Shown: piece by piece, positions 22,838 to 24,012 of the stretch | Layout of the letters: each line of letters opens with the position of its first letter | Position numbering within the stretch: the first letter of the stretch is position 1 | Assembly (NCBI GenBank): GCA_046598045.1 | Contig: JBKJJJ010000040.1 | Span: forward strand, 1 to 24,012 | Direction: 5' to 3' | Length of the DNA stretch: 24,012 bases | Source: Candidatus Eiseniibacteriota bacterium | GTDB taxonomy: Bacteria > Eisenbacteria > RBG-16-71-46 > DASYSL01 | The notes under the pieces: model-generated | What the model saw: the letters and a program-made list of their open reading frames with translations, nothing else | Told to the model about the DNA's origin: nothing | The model's database searches: none | Position numbers and translations under genes: made by a program

Positions 22838-23581
22838 GTGCTGACGTCGTGGCTGGGATTGGTCTTCCTCGTGTTCGAACTCTGCCTGCGGTTTTCGCGT
22901 CGCTCGGACGCGAGCGCGTCGACCGGCGCCGACCGCGGCTCGTTGCGCGTGCTGTGGATCACGATCGGCGTCGCGCTCACACTCGCCGCGTTCGCGCTCC
23001 GACTCGTGCCGCAGGCAAACTTCGCGCTCGGCGTCGTGGGGAGGCGCGTTGCGGTGCTCGCGTTCACGCTCGGGCTCCTGCTTCGGGCATGGGCGGTCGC
23101 GCGGCTCGGGCGCTTCTTCACGGTGGACGTGGCGATCGCGCACGATCACGCACTCCAGACCGACGGCCCGTACGCGCTCGTGCGCCATCCCTCCTACACC
23201 GGGTTGCTCGCGATGTTCGCCGCGCTCGGCACCTTGTTCGAGAACTGGGTCTCGCTCGCGCTGCTGCTCGCGCTGGTCGGGATCGCGCTCGCGCGCCGCA
23301 TCACGGTCGAGGAGCAGGCGCTCGCGGGCGCGTTCGGCGCGGAGTGGACCGCGTACGCGGCGCGCACGCGGAGGCTGGTGCCGCTGCTCTACGCGCTCGC
23401 GTTGCTGGCCGCGCCGCGCCCCGCACGCGCCGAGGTCCAGCCGCTCGAGGTCGGCGGCTTCACGATCACGCCCGAAGCGGGCGTAAGCGCTCCGGCTACT
23501 TCACCCGCACCAGCATCACGCCGTCACCCACCGTCAGCAGGCAGGCCTCGACGCGAGAGTCGGCGGCGACCTTCGCGTTGA
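22838..23581 (+). CDS. Isoprenylcysteine carboxyl methyltransferase (ICMT/Ste14) family protein with an atypical C-terminal tail
   Basis: ADRGSL, LGRFFT, H.LQTDGPYALVRHPSYTG, RITVEEQAL...FGAEWTAY...TRRLVPLLY. Confidence 0.85.
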   Translation: MLTSWLGLVFLVFELCLRFSRRSDASASTGADRGSLRVLWITIGVALTLAAFALRLVPQANFALGVVGRRVAVLAFTLGLLLRAWAVARLGRFFTVDVAIAHDHALQTDGPYALVRHPSYTGLLAMFAALGTLFENWVSLALLLALVGIALARRITVEEQALAGAFGAEWTAYAARTRRLVPLLYALALLAAPRPARAEVQPLEVGGFTITPEAGVSAPATSPAPASRRHPPSAGRPRRESRRRPSR

Positions 23582-24012
23582 GCTTGCGCAGCGCGACCGT
23601 CGACTCGTCGGTGACCGACTCGTCCGCGACCTTGCCGCTCCACAGCACGTTGTCGATCGCGATCAGGCCGTTCTTCCTGATGAGCTTGAGGCAGCCCTCG
23701 TAGTATGCGTCGTAGCCGGGCTTGTCGGCGTCGATGAACGCGAAGTCGAACGTGCCCGCGCCGCCGTCCGCGAGCAACTGCGCGATGGTCTCGGTCGCGG
23801 GCGCGATGCGCAGGTCGATCTTGTGAGCGACCCCTGCGGCCTCCCAGTGCTTCCTGCCGATCGATGTCCACTCCGCGCTGATGTCGCAGGCCACGAGCTT
23901 GCCGTCCTCCGGCAGCGCCGCCGCGACGGCGAGCGCGCTGTAGCCGGTGAAGGTGCCGATCTCGAGCGCCTTCTTCGCGCCGATGGCGCGCACGAGGATC
24001 GCGAAGAACGCG
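23496..24012 (-). CDS. Class I SAM-dependent O-methyltransferase (caffeoyl-CoA OMT-like), 5'-partial
   Basis: LEIGTFTGYS, FDFAFIDADKPGY, IAIDNVLWSG, VGDGV. The frame stays open to the window edge. Confidence 0.92.
   Translation of the reverse strand, partial: AFFAILVRAIGAKKALEIGTFTGYSALAVAAALPEDGKLVACDISAEWTSIGRKHWEAAGVAHKIDLRIAPATETIAQLLADGGAGTFDFAFIDADKPGYDAYYEGCLKLIRKNGLIAIDNVLWSGKVADESVTDESTVALRKLNAKVAADSRVEACLLTVGDGVMLVRVK

Noticed and set aside
22200..24012. HD hydrolase plus methyltransferases as a possible anti-phage or biosynthetic cluster
   Set aside because: No nuclease, NTPase, cyclase or scaffold-synthesis gene. The O-methyltransferase is convergent and of a common housekeeping family.

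Overview
Gene-dense, very GC-rich bacterial chromosomal window from a diderm (OmpA, OM beta-barrels, TonB_C domain). Gene content suggests an FCB-group-like lineage such as Ca. Eisenbacteria or Gemmatimonadota, but this is inference only. There are about 27 CDS and no rRNA, tRNA, CRISPR array, integrase or transposase. Blocks: (1) 1-6936, a stop/start-overlapping envelope operon: DUF4159-like protein, ~1100-aa membrane-anchored coiled-coil protein (DUF4175-like), exported TPR protein, and an exported class-I-GATase-like Cys protein. (2) 6939-8440, sigma70 promoter, DUF948/YtxH pair and an OM beta-barrel. (3) 8444-11542 on the minus strand: OmpA with five TSP3-type repeats and a terminator, a TonB_C-domain protein, and a GNAT fusion. 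(4) Divergent promoter region and an exported hypothetical protein. (5) 12748-16770, a promoter-to-terminator unit HAD phosphatase-nnr-glnA. (6) 16822-23581, a run of small stress/detox-type genes (DUF1801, DoxX, DsrE, pirin, GNAT, DinB, PanE, DMT, HD, ICMT) including two small ORFs absent from the supplied ORF track. (7) A partial O-methyltransferase. The best candidate for an uncharacterised system is block 1. The cleanest sequence-level novelty is the inter-repeat Cys/Cys vs Tyr/Phe covariation in the OmpA repeats. All family calls come from motif recognition by eye; no database searches were run.
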